Source: a virus. Taken from it: a stretch of DNA of 29,465 nucleotides. Positions within the stretch are counted from its first letter, which is position 1; every line of letters starts with the position of its first letter. This document shows, piece by piece, positions 1-9,004 of this stretch. The notes beneath the pieces were generated by a model. It saw only the letters and a list, made by a program, of their open reading frames with translations. It had not been told where the DNA came from and did not search any database. Both the position numbers and the translations under genes were made by a program. The DNA is taken from IMG/VR virus record IMGVR_UViG_3300023281_000789, positions 1-29,465 of that record; one strand, 5' to 3'.

Positions 1-55
1 ACAGAGTTGACAACGTTGACTCAATACCCTTATTGTGGTATGTATAATTCTCCTT
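1..55. repeat. Terminal direct repeat, copy 1 (identical to 29411-29465): circular-closure overlap
   Basis: Bases 1-55 (acagagttgacaacg...taattctcctt) recur exactly at 29411-29465. The reading frame is continuous across the join. Confidence 0.95.
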
Positions 56-1056
56 ATGACGCTACAGAAGACTTAGGTTTTAGTAGAACAGACAAAATAT
101 ATTGGGATACCCAAACATTTCCTGTAAATAACCTATATGAGAAGTACCATAAATCAACCATATTAAGTATAACAGATATAAATTCTCGTTTATTAGAGGC
201 ATCATTTAGATTAACACCTTCAGATATATCAGAATTTGACTTCAGAGACATAATATTCTTATTAGGTTCTTATTGGAGGGTTAATAAAATCATAGGATAC
301 AATCCAGTTGGTAGTGATAATGTCACAAAAGTGGTATTATATAGGTTAAATGACGTAGAGATATTCAATTTAGATGAGGTAAGTATACCTTCCAGTAATG
401 GTAGTTGTCCTGTTGATTTACAATCTATAGTTGGTAAGGGTGGTGAAGTAACTGTAGTATCTCAATCTGGAGTAGAGGTTACCTCTGATTGTTGTAATTC
501 ATTAGGTGGACAATATTTTAACGGAAGATGTATAATGAGACCTGTAGGTCCTGTCGGTCCGATAGGTTCAAACCCAGTAGAATCAAATCAGTTCAATTCA
601 AAGACACAACAAAAGTATAGTTATACCTCAGTTGGTGTAATCCCTTATCAAGAGAAACAAGGTGATGTAACTCAGACAAAGAATAACAACTCATACAACA
701 CTTCTAAGACAACAATTATTGGTAGTAGTAATTACACCTCAGAAGAGACTGGAAACTCCCTTATAGTGGGAGATAATAATTCTTCATTAGGGAACAATAC
801 AATTATTATTGGTGATAATATTACCGCTACAGAAGAAGGGATATATATTGGTAACATCACTATCAATGGTGATGGAGATATATTAGATACAAGACCTTAC
901 ATTATTGATGGTGGTTTAGATGAGGTTATAAGAATAAATAGAACCAATCTAATAGAGAATTTAGATGGTGGTTTAAATAGTGTTAGAAATACAGGTGGTG
1001 ATAGTAAATTAAGACCTATCATTATGAACTCTGATTTTGGTACACAAATAAGTTAA
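1..1056 (+). CDS. 3' part of the wrap-around ~1012-aa tail/baseplate-fibre protein (continues from 27428..29465)
   Basis: Position 1 is in the same codon phase as the open frame starting at ATG 27428 (29411 = 1). The track ORF 7..1056 starts at an internal TTG. The C-terminal part has GPVGPVGPIG and ~14-aa IIGxxN repeats typical of fibre/adhesin heads. Stop is TAA at 1054-1056. Confidence 0.8.
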   Translation, partial: TELTTLTQYPYCGMYNSPYDATEDLGFSRTDKIYWDTQTFPVNNLYEKYHKSTILSITDINSRLLEASFRLTPSDISEFDFRDIIFLLGSYWRVNKIIGYNPVGSDNVTKVVLYRLNDVEIFNLDEVSIPSSNGSCPVDLQSIVGKGGEVTVVSQSGVEVTSDCCNSLGGQYFNGRCIMRPVGPVGPIGSNPVESNQFNSKTQQKYSYTSVGVIPYQEKQGDVTQTKNNNSYNTSKTTIIGSSNYTSEETGNSLIVGDNNSSLGNNTIIIGDNITATEEGIYIGNITINGDGDILDTRPYIIDGGLDEVIRINRTNLIENLDGGLNSVRNTGGDSKLRPIIMNSDFGTQIS

Positions 1057-1093
1057 TAATAAATATATATTCTATTACCTATTCTTCTTCTTC

Positions 1094-1111
1094 ATTATAG
1101 TGTGTAGGATT
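1094..1111 (-). promoter_or_regulatory. Class I element AATCCTACACACTATAAT (minus orientation); extended 36-bp copy at 1076-1111
   Basis: The reverse complement of 1076-1111 equals 21014-21049 exactly (36/36). It lies in the gap between the tail gene stop (1056) and the fibre gene start (1157). Confidence 0.6.
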
Positions 1112-1132
1112 TTAAAAACAGAATATGAGAAA

Positions 1133-1149
1133 TAATATTTTATAATAAA
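1133..1149 (+). promoter_or_regulatory. Class III element TAATATTTTATAATAAA (variant with T4)
   Basis: Ends 7 nt before ATG 1157. Near-identical to 21068-21084, 27404-27420 and 6485-6499. Confidence 0.5.
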
Positions 1150-1156
1150 GAAAATT

Positions 1157-2407
1157 ATGTCAGATAAAATAGAATATAGTAGATTAATTTTAAAGAGAAG
1201 TGATGTATCGGGTGTAACACCGACAGTAACGTCAGCAACAACTCTAAATGAATTTACAGAAACCGATTTATTTAGTGGGGAGATGTTCCTCAATACAGTA
1301 GATGAGAAAGCGTATGTTAGAATGAATAATAATATATTAGAATTTGATTTGGTATCCAGTGGTGGTACTGATTATAATTTCTGTGATACAGGTATTCAAA
1401 CATCAGCCATAAGTGGTTGTACTCCAGTTGATATATACGACAACCTTAATTTCCAATCTCAAAAAAATATAACCACATCCAATGGTAGTGGTGAAATATC
1501 TTTAGATACTGATGGTTTTTCAGACTCAATGAGTATAGGTGTGTCAGCAGCGACATATCAAGATTATCTAAGAATAGACCCCAATGGTAATTTAGGTGAT
1601 GGTAATGGTACTGAATTAGCCTCAACAGATTTTACGGATACAACTAGTATTGTTGTAAACCCTAATTTTTTGAATATCTATATGAGAGACACTGATGAAC
1701 TTTTATATACTGATTTTACAATGTCGACATCGGTAGGTAAATCTGGTTCACAAGCGGAGGTAATTTTGGGGGGTAGTGATGGAACATCAGATGGTACCTT
1801 TGGTATTGATGGAAGTTCGAATGGTGTTAGTGGTGTTAGTAGACTTAATTTTGCCGCTAAGGAATATTTCTTCACCACAGACCCAGACAGAGACATTATA
1901 TTTTCAAATGGTTTAAATATGGATTGTCAACTTGATAGCCAAACTGTTAATTTTTTCAATGGGGACGCTGATAATACCCAAATAAACATTGGTAAACCAA
2001 ATGGTAGTATTAGTCTAAGTGCTGATACTTCAGTAACTGGTGACTTAACTATGACAACAGGTAAAGGTATTAAATTTGGTAATGGTGTTCCGAGAGTATA
2101 CGTAGAATTAGAAATAGGTGATTGGGATATGGATACTACCGCATCAGTTAATGTGTCACACGTATTATCATTAACTGAATGGAAAACAATTAGACAAATA
2201 GATGTTATTATTAGAAATGATGGTGATACAGGATATTATCCACTTAGAAAAGGTTATGATGGTGTAACTGGAAACGGTTTTGTTAATGTTATAGGTTCTA
2301 CCAATATTACATTAAATAGAGTAACAGGTGGTGATTTCGATAATGTCAATTTCGATTCAACATCTTACAATAGAGGTTGGATAGGGTTTTGGTATCAACC
2401 AGATTAA
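1157..2407 (+). CDS. Tail fibre protein
   Basis: N-terminus LILKRSDVSGVTP...LFSGEMFLNTVDEKAYVR follows the (L)xxRRG...P..L..GE..(D/N)T.. pattern of many phage fibre N-termini. The rest is G/S/T/N/D-rich. It lies between tail genes. Confidence 0.6.
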   Translation: MSDKIEYSRLILKRSDVSGVTPTVTSATTLNEFTETDLFSGEMFLNTVDEKAYVRMNNNILEFDLVSSGGTDYNFCDTGIQTSAISGCTPVDIYDNLNFQSQKNITTSNGSGEISLDTDGFSDSMSIGVSAATYQDYLRIDPNGNLGDGNGTELASTDFTDTTSIVVNPNFLNIYMRDTDELLYTDFTMSTSVGKSGSQAEVILGGSDGTSDGTFGIDGSSNGVSGVSRLNFAAKEYFFTTDPDRDIIFSNGLNMDCQLDSQTVNFFNGDADNTQINIGKPNGSISLSADTSVTGDLTMTTGKGIKFGNGVPRVYVELEIGDWDMDTTASVNVSHVLSLTEWKTIRQIDVIIRNDGDTGYYPLRKGYDGVTGNGFVNVIGSTNITLNRVTGGDFDNVNFDSTSYNRGWIGFWYQPD

Positions 2408-2432
2408 TAAAGAGATTTAAAACAAATATATA

Positions 2433-5348
2433 ATGGCTAAAACAGTATCGATTAATGTTAATATAAACACTAAGAAAGCGATTAAATCAATCGCTGACTT
2501 AAACAATGAGATAGGGGATACTATTTCGACTGTAACTGACTTACGTATGACTGTTGATACCCTTCAACAAGAATTAGAATCAACGGAAGTTGGTACTGAT
2601 AGGTTTAAGGAACTTAAAGCGGCCTTAATAGACGCTAATACGGAGTTAAAAAACTATGAGTTAGGTATTGAGGCGTTAGACAATGAACAAGTAGCGTCAG
2701 AGATTAAATCAGTAGTCGGAGGATTAACTGATATGGCTGGTGGTTTCGTATTAGTAGGAGCTAGTGGAGCGAAGATGGAGGAATTAGTTCAAACCTTCGC
2801 TATGGTAGAAGGGGCTTCTCGTATAGTAACAGGAGCGATGGAGGGATACAACTCTATTATGAAACTTCAAAATACGATTACAACAAGAGTAATAGCGTTG
2901 AAAGAAACTATGACTGCCGCTACATTAGGACAAGGTGTCGCAGCGAAGGTAGCGTCCGTAGGGATGGGAATTCTAAACGCAGTAATGGCGATAAATCCAG
3001 TCTTCCTACTTATAGCGGGACTCGCAGCGTTAGTCGCTGGACTAGCGATATTCTTCACCTCTACCAATGAAGCAGCGGAAGCACAAGAGAGATTGAATAC
3101 TGAGATGGAACATAATCAGAGACTCCAAGAAACTGCCAATAATCAATCCAAAAGAAAACAAGAATTAGATACACAAGAAATATCCAATCAACAGAAATTG
3201 TTAGAGGGGGAAATCAAACTATTGGAATCTAAGAAAGAATTAACTGAAGAGGAAAAGAAATCGTTAGAAACCCTCAAACTCAAACAAGAAGAACTAAAAG
3301 GAGAAGAACAACAGATATTAACAGACGCAGCGGTAGATGCGGTTAAACAGAACGCATCCGCTATTAATGAACAGTTCGCTCTTATTAGGTTAGGTATTTT
3401 GGCAACTGATGAAGAAGATGCTATGGGTGATAATATTACTCAGGGTTATACTGGACTTTTAGGTACATTACAAAGTGTTCAAACCTCTTTTAATAATATT
3501 AAAAGGGCACAGGAATCTGGACAAATTAGTAATCAACAATATTTGGAAGGTATACAAGACTTAGAAAATAAAGGTAATGACTTAATAAGAACATATACAA
3601 ATGTACAAACCCAATTGGGAGCAGACTCTTCTGAAGGGGAACAATTCGCATCTGCGTTAGCTGGAGCGACATCATTACAAGCGAAGTTTAAAGACGCAGC
3701 GGATGACGCTAAGACTCTTATATCAACCCTATCCAGTGGTGAGGCAGACGCAGCGTTGAGAGAACAAGAGAAAGCGTTAGAGGACTTAACCAAACAACAA
3801 GAGGCCGCTGATAAGGCCGCTAAGGATAGAGAAGAAAGAGTTAAAAAGTATTTAGAAAGACGTAAAAAGTTATTGGAAGAAATCAATAGTATATTAAACA
3901 GACAAGAAAAAGCGTTACAAGATTTACAAAAGACTCGTATCGAACTTGTAGAAGATGAGTTTGAACAACAAAGAAAATTAGCGGAGTTCGCTTATGGTAC
4001 TCAGAAAGACCAATTGATTAAAGGGGCTATCGCTAGAGAGAAAGGATTATTAGAAGAGAAATTTGTTAATGGTAGAATCTCTGAACAACAATATAGAGAT
4101 GGTGTAGTAGAGATAACTAAGAATGGTATAGATAATCTATTAGAAGAAGAAGTTAGACTCTTAGACGCAAAGAAAGAAGTATTAGATAAATCCTTAGAAG
4201 ATATAGATGAGTCTGAGAGATTAGAATTAGAGAGTAGAAAAGTATTCCTTCAACAGAGAGATGTAGTTGAACAGGAGGGACGTATGACTAAACTACAGAT
4301 GTTAAAAGAAGAAGCACAATTTGTAGCTACACAAACCATTAAAGATGAAGAACAATTACAGAAACGTTTATTAGAAATCAATAAACAATTTTTAGATAGA
4401 GAAGTAGAACAAGTTAGACAATCTCAAAAGGAATTGATAGACGCTAGAAAGGCACAATATGAGATAGACATACAAGATAAAGAATTATCTGTAGAAGAAA
4501 AGAAATTATTAGAAGCGGAGTATAATAGAGATATAGTTCAACTAAACGCAGACGCTCAGACAGAGATAGTTGGTTTATATGAAGGAACCAAAGAAGCGAT
4601 TAAAGAAAGTACATTAGTATTAACTGAACAACAACAATTGATATTTGATACGGTAGTTAATGGTATTACACAATCCCTTCAAATAATCAATGATGCGTTA
4701 GCAGAGTCCGCAGAGAGAGCGAACGCTGAAAGAGAGAACAACTTCAATAAGGAACAAGAAGGGTTAAATCAGTTATTGGCTAATAAGACATTATCACAAG
4801 AACAATTCGACCAAAAATCAAAGGAGTTAAATCAGAAGAAATCGGTTGAAGAAACCAAAGCGAAGAGAAAACAATTTAAGGCTGATAAAGCCAATAATAT
4901 AATACAAGCGATTATATCTACCGCTCAATCAGTCCTACAAGGTTTAGCGTCAGCACCACCACCCGTAGGGGCGATATTAGGAGCGATTAACGGAGCGTTA
5001 GGGGCGGCACAGATAGGTGTAATATCATCACAACAATTTAGAGCGGCAAGAGGTGGGGTAGTACCTGGTTCTCCTTCAATGACAGATTCAGTATCTTCAC
5101 TATTAGCACCGGGTGAAATGGTTATAAACTCAACATCAGCGGGTATGTTTGGTAATTTACTATCAGCGGTTAATCAAGCGGGTGGTGGAATACCATTAAC
5201 CCCTTCTACACCTACAGAGGTTAGACCTCCATCACCTACATTTAGAGATAACTCTCAACAATCAACCGTTAGAGCGTATGTAGTAGAGACTGATGTAACA
5301 CAGAAACAAGAGAAAGTAAGTAGAATTCAGAGAAGTTCTGAGTTTTAG
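2433..5348 (+). CDS. Tape measure protein (candidate)
   Basis: 971 aa. It has Gly/Ala-rich hydrophobic segments (aa ~95-210), then a ~600-aa E/K/Q-rich coiled coil, and a C-terminus with AILGAINGALGAAQIGV and LLAPGEMVINS, a common TMP tail motif. Confidence 0.65.
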   Translation: MAKTVSINVNINTKKAIKSIADLNNEIGDTISTVTDLRMTVDTLQQELESTEVGTDRFKELKAALIDANTELKNYELGIEALDNEQVASEIKSVVGGLTDMAGGFVLVGASGAKMEELVQTFAMVEGASRIVTGAMEGYNSIMKLQNTITTRVIALKETMTAATLGQGVAAKVASVGMGILNAVMAINPVFLLIAGLAALVAGLAIFFTSTNEAAEAQERLNTEMEHNQRLQETANNQSKRKQELDTQEISNQQKLLEGEIKLLESKKELTEEEKKSLETLKLKQEELKGEEQQILTDAAVDAVKQNASAINEQFALIRLGILATDEEDAMGDNITQGYTGLLGTLQSVQTSFNNIKRAQESGQISNQQYLEGIQDLENKGNDLIRTYTNVQTQLGADSSEGEQFASALAGATSLQAKFKDAADDAKTLISTLSSGEADAALREQEKALEDLTKQQEAADKAAKDREERVKKYLERRKKLLEEINSILNRQEKALQDLQKTRIELVEDEFEQQRKLAEFAYGTQKDQLIKGAIAREKGLLEEKFVNGRISEQQYRDGVVEITKNGIDNLLEEEVRLLDAKKEVLDKSLEDIDESERLELESRKVFLQQRDVVEQEGRMTKLQMLKEEAQFVATQTIKDEEQLQKRLLEINKQFLDREVEQVRQSQKELIDARKAQYEIDIQDKELSVEEKKLLEAEYNRDIVQLNADAQTEIVGLYEGTKEAIKESTLVLTEQQQLIFDTVVNGITQSLQIINDALAESAERANAERENNFNKEQEGLNQLLANKTLSQEQFDQKSKELNQKKSVEETKAKRKQFKADKANNIIQAIISTAQSVLQGLASAPPPVGAILGAINGALGAAQIGVISSQQFRAARGGVVPGSPSMTDSVSSLLAPGEMVINSTSAGMFGNLLSAVNQAGGGIPLTPSTPTEVRPPSPTFRDNSQQSTVRAYVVETDVTQKQEKVSRIQRSSEF

Positions 5349-5395
5349 TAAACTAAATTAAACAAATAATATTATATAGTAGAAAATACGTAGTT

Positions 5396-6028
5396 ATGGA
5401 AAAGAAAGATTTACCAATAGTATACTTAGAAATCGATGTGGAGGATATGGAGAGTGGTGTAACCGCTATTTCATTTGTAGATTCACCAGCCACAGAAGTA
5501 GAATGGATGACATTCAAAGATAATAAACCTCAACAATTTGAAAAGAAGGATGTAGAGAGAATGATAACTGGACCTGTTATGTTGGCGGAGACACCTATAT
5601 ACAGATATAGTCCTGTTATTGGGGATTACTTTGTTAAATTCAGTGAGAAGACTGTATTCGATATGATGAAGAAATACTTCAAAGAGAATAGAATACATAC
5701 AGTTAACGAACAACACAATAGTAAGAGAAAGGTGAAGGAAGTATATATGGTAGAATCATATATAATTAATGAAAGAACTAAAAGTGAAGTATTTAATGAT
5801 TTAAATGACGGAACGTGGATGGCTTCATTCTTTGTAGAGGATGAGGATTATTGGAATGAGGTAGTGATGAATGGAGACTTTAAAGGATTTTCATTAGAAG
5901 GTATGTTCACAGAAAAGATGGAGGATGAGATAATTGAAGAAGTATATTCTAAGATAGAAAAGATTATGGAACACCCAGATGAGGACTATGTATTTAATGA
6001 AATAAAAAGAGTTTTAAAGATTAGTTAA
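5396..6028 (+). CDS. XkdF-like prohead protease / head maturation protein
   Basis: ISFVDSPATEVEWMTFK, ITGPVML, FSEKTVFDMMKKYF and VNEQHN...VYMVESYII match the pattern I associate with the XkdF (Peptidase_S78_2) family. It sits upstream of the scaffold and capsid genes. Confidence 0.55.
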   Translation: MEKKDLPIVYLEIDVEDMESGVTAISFVDSPATEVEWMTFKDNKPQQFEKKDVERMITGPVMLAETPIYRYSPVIGDYFVKFSEKTVFDMMKKYFKENRIHTVNEQHNSKRKVKEVYMVESYIINERTKSEVFNDLNDGTWMASFFVEDEDYWNEVVMNGDFKGFSLEGMFTEKMEDEIIEEVYSKIEKIMEHPDEDYVFNEIKRVLKIS

Positions 6029-6029
6029 A

Positions 6030-6458
6030 ATGAATAAATTTATGATTGGATTGTTTACTTCAGTGTTTGTTTTCATAGCACCCGTAATACCCTTAATATA
6101 CTTAGTACTATGTTTTATATTAATGGATACAATGGTAGGTGTTATGTCCTCATACAAATTAGGAATTGAAATAAAGAGTAGGAAACTCTCAAGGGTGGTA
6201 TCTAAACTTACTATATACTCAATGACAGTATTGTTGATTTATGGTTTAGATATATTAGTATTATCAACGTGGATTGAGACACATATGTTAGTCACCAAAG
6301 TAGGTGCTGGTGTATTGTGTTTTATAGAAGGATTCTCAATTGATGAGAATATAAGAAAATGTAATAACAATAAAGGGGTAGGATTCTACTTCAGTAAAGT
6401 GTTTGATGTTGTTAAAAGAGTTAAAGAGAAATATAACGAAATTATTAACGGAAAATAA
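6030..6458 (+). CDS. Holin (phage_holin_4_1-like)
   Basis: 142 aa with 3-4 hydrophobic helices. LMDTMVGVMSSYKLG..IKSRKLSRVVSKL and CFIEGFSIDENIRK resemble the D..tG / S.k...K / E..SI.EN signature of the TcdE/LL-H-type holin family. Confidence 0.6.
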   Translation: MNKFMIGLFTSVFVFIAPVIPLIYLVLCFILMDTMVGVMSSYKLGIEIKSRKLSRVVSKLTIYSMTVLLIYGLDILVLSTWIETHMLVTKVGAGVLCFIEGFSIDENIRKCNNNKGVGFYFSKVFDVVKRVKEKYNEIINGK

Positions 6459-6484
6459 CAAAAGTAAACACAAATAATAATAAT

Positions 6485-6499
6485 ATATTTATAATAAAA
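6485..6499 (+). promoter_or_regulatory. Class III element ATATTTATAATAAAA
   Basis: Ends 6 nt before ATG 6506. 15 nt identical to the copies at 21070-21084 and 27406-27420. Confidence 0.5.
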
Positions 6500-6505
6500 C
6501 AAGAA

Positions 6506-7309
6506 ATGAATAAAAAGAAGACTATATTAACGAAAATCAAAGAAATCTTTACAGAGGAATCTATGGATGAAGTGTTGTTCGTTGATGTTAAAACGGAAGA
6601 CGGTAGAATTCTACGAGTATCTGATATGGAAGTAGGAGCAACCGTAACTGAAATCACTGAAGATGGTGAGACTGAAGTTGAAAGTGGTACATTTGAATTA
6701 GAAGGTGGAACTACTATGATTGTAGAAGATGGTAAAATATCTGAAATTAATAAAGTAGACGAAGAGGCTTCTGAAGAAGAGAAGAAAGAGGACGAAGAGA
6801 TGGAAGAAGAAATCGAAGAGAAAGAATTTGACGAATACCTTAAATTAGAAGATGGTACTGAAATTCACGTTGTAACTAAAGTAGAAGGTGAAATCTCTGA
6901 AGGAGATATGGTTCATTTAGTAGTAGAAAAAGAAGAAGGTGGAATGGTTGACGCACCCGAAGGAGAACATACTTTAGAAGATGGACGTATCATTGTAGTA
7001 GATGGTGAGTCTAAAATAGTAGAAGTGAAAGATGTAGAAGAAGAAATAGAGGAAGAAATGTCTGAAGAGGTTTTAACTGAAGAGGTAGAGGTTGAAGAAT
7101 CTATCAAAGTTACTAACCAATTGAAAGACTTAATTTCACAAATAAAAGAATTAAAAAATTCATTCGAAGATGTAAAGAGAGAAAATGAAGAACTTAAAAG
7201 TAGGTTCAACAAATTCGCCTCTGAACCTTCAGAAGAACCTATTAAAGAAAAGATATCTTTCTCTAAAATGGAGAGAGAAGACAAACTAAAATTCTTTAGT
7301 AAAAGATAA
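6506..7309 (+). CDS. Capsid scaffolding protein (acidic)
   Basis: 267 aa, extremely Glu-rich (EEEKKEDEEMEEEIEEKE...). It has a C-terminal coiled coil and a basic tail, and lies immediately upstream of the major capsid gene. Confidence 0.55.
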   Translation: MNKKKTILTKIKEIFTEESMDEVLFVDVKTEDGRILRVSDMEVGATVTEITEDGETEVESGTFELEGGTTMIVEDGKISEINKVDEEASEEEKKEDEEMEEEIEEKEFDEYLKLEDGTEIHVVTKVEGEISEGDMVHLVVEKEEGGMVDAPEGEHTLEDGRIIVVDGESKIVEVKDVEEEIEEEMSEEVLTEEVEVEESIKVTNQLKDLISQIKELKNSFEDVKRENEELKSRFNKFASEPSEEPIKEKISFSKMEREDKLKFFSKR

Positions 7310-7343
7310 AAATAAAATAATAATAAACTAAAAAAATTAAATT

Positions 7344-8273
7344 ATGAGTTTAAATGTAGCAGCTTTAACAACTTACACAGACGAGTTGAAAATGGAGCTT
7401 ATCAAAAAGTCAGTTCTACAAGGTAGAACAACTCAGTTAATTAGTGTACAACCTGATATCAAATCAGCAGCGTCCATTAATATAATTGATTCTACGTTGT
7501 CTCTACAAGCGGGTGCTTGTGGTTGGAACGAAGCGGGTTCAACCGCATTGACACAGAGAGACCTTTCTGTATGTCCTATTAAGATTAACGAATCTATTTG
7601 TTTAGATACGTTAGAGTCTTATTACACTCAAAAGATGATGCAACCTGGTTCTTACAACGAGGAGATTCCTTTTGAACAAATGTTTTCTGAAGAGAAAGCA
7701 GGTAAAATCAACGCAGTAATCGATGATATCATCTGGAAAGGTGATACAGTATCGGGTACAGGTAACCTAGCACTATGTGATGGTTTCTTAAAACTTACTG
7801 ATGATTTGGCTGGTTCAGTTGTAACTGGTAACACATCTTCAGCTACTGCTATCAACGCAGCGAACATCATCGACTTAGTTGACGATATGGTTGAAGCTAT
7901 TCCATCAGACATTATTGACGCTGATGACTTACACATTTTTATGGGTTATGAAGTATATAGATTATACGCTAAAGCATTGAGAGACGCTAACCTATTCCAC
8001 TACACTGGAGCGGAAGACCAAGGACAAGATTTCTCTCAAATGGTACCTGGTACAAATGTAAGAGCAATCGCAGTTAGAGGTTTGAATGGAACTAATAGAA
8101 TGATTCTTTCAAGAGCAGCGAATCTTTACTTCGGTACAGATTTACTAAATGACTCTGAGGAATTCAGAATCTTCTATTCAGAAGACAATGATGAAGTTAG
8201 ATTCAGAGCGAAATGGAAAATGGGTGTACAATACGCATTTCCAGAATTCGTTGTAGACTTTACGTTAGTATAA
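7344..8273 (+). CDS. Major capsid protein
   Basis: 309 aa (XkdG/P22-coat size class). It follows the protease and scaffold genes and is followed by a perfect 9-bp hairpin. Codon usage and composition fit an abundant structural protein. Confidence 0.7.
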   Translation: MSLNVAALTTYTDELKMELIKKSVLQGRTTQLISVQPDIKSAASINIIDSTLSLQAGACGWNEAGSTALTQRDLSVCPIKINESICLDTLESYYTQKMMQPGSYNEEIPFEQMFSEEKAGKINAVIDDIIWKGDTVSGTGNLALCDGFLKLTDDLAGSVVTGNTSSATAINAANIIDLVDDMVEAIPSDIIDADDLHIFMGYEVYRLYAKALRDANLFHYTGAEDQGQDFSQMVPGTNVRAIAVRGLNGTNRMILSRAANLYFGTDLLNDSEEFRIFYSEDNDEVRFRAKWKMGVQYAFPEFVVDFTLV

Positions 8274-8287
8274 TAACTACCAACAAT

Positions 8288-8309
8288 AAGGGGAGTTCAC
8301 ACTCCCCTT
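8288..8309 (+). terminator. Hairpin after the capsid gene
   Basis: aaggggagt-tcac-actcccctt: a perfect 9-bp stem with a 4-nt loop. The T tail is short (ttt, partly inside the stem). Confidence 0.6.
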
Positions 8310-8361
8310 TATAACAAAAAGGTGAACAATAAAAAATAATAAAAAATAAAAACAAAATATT

Positions 8362-8883
8362 ATGGCATTTAATTGTATATTAGATAGTGGATATGTTTTA
8401 GATTGTAACTCAGTTGGTGGAGTTGAAAAAGTATGGTTAGGTACCTGGGATGGTGACACTACATACTCTTTTGACGTTGACTCTGTTGTTTCAGGAGCTA
8501 CTTCAGCAAACACTGTTTATAACTTTGAACAAGATATTGAATTCGCTGGTTTAGAACAAGCGGGACAATTCAGTAGAGAAAATGGTACTGTATTCTATGA
8601 ATCAAACCTATCTCTAAAATTTACGAATCTTGATAAAGATTTAAGAAATACGTTAGTCGCTATCGGTAGAGCACCGATATACGCAGTTGTAAAATCAAAC
8701 GCTGGTGAATACTACATCTTAGGTGTAGAGTCAGCGGGTAGAGCAACAGAAGGTGTAGCATCATTAGGAGTCGCTTTAGGTGATATGAATGGAGCCACAC
8801 TAACTATCCAATGGAAATCGGCTAGTGGTGCGTATCTATTAGACGAAGCGGTATTAGGAACGGATATTCCAGTAGCACCGTAA
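8362..8883 (+). CDS. Abundant virion protein, candidate major tail tube protein
   Basis: 173 aa. It is a single-gene unit bracketed by hairpin terminators 8288-8309 and 8924-8950, which implies high expression. No other ORF fits a tube protein. There is no motif I can name. Confidence 0.4.
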   Translation: MAFNCILDSGYVLDCNSVGGVEKVWLGTWDGDTTYSFDVDSVVSGATSANTVYNFEQDIEFAGLEQAGQFSRENGTVFYESNLSLKFTNLDKDLRNTLVAIGRAPIYAVVKSNAGEYYILGVESAGRATEGVASLGVALGDMNGATLTIQWKSASGAYLLDEAVLGTDIPVAP

Positions 8884-8923
8884 GGTTCTATGTAATCTCA
8901 ATATAGTTTTTCCGAACAATAGG

Positions 8924-8950
8924 AAGGGAGTCAATCGGCTCCCTTTTTTT
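8924..8950 (+). terminator. Rho-independent terminator
   Basis: aagggag(tc)-aatc-(gg)ctccctt followed by T7 (8944-8950). Confidence 0.8.
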
Positions 8951-9004
8951 ATGCAATCATAAACAAAATCAAACAATTTATATTTTATATAAAATAATAA
9001 GAAT

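Noticed and set aside
6506-7309. The highly acidic 267-aa protein as a DNA-mimic anti-restriction protein (Ocr/ArdA-like).
   Set aside because: Its position between the prohead protease and the major capsid gene, together with the coiled-coil C-terminus with a basic tail, fits a scaffolding protein far better. Early expression, expected for an anti-restriction protein, is unlikely here.
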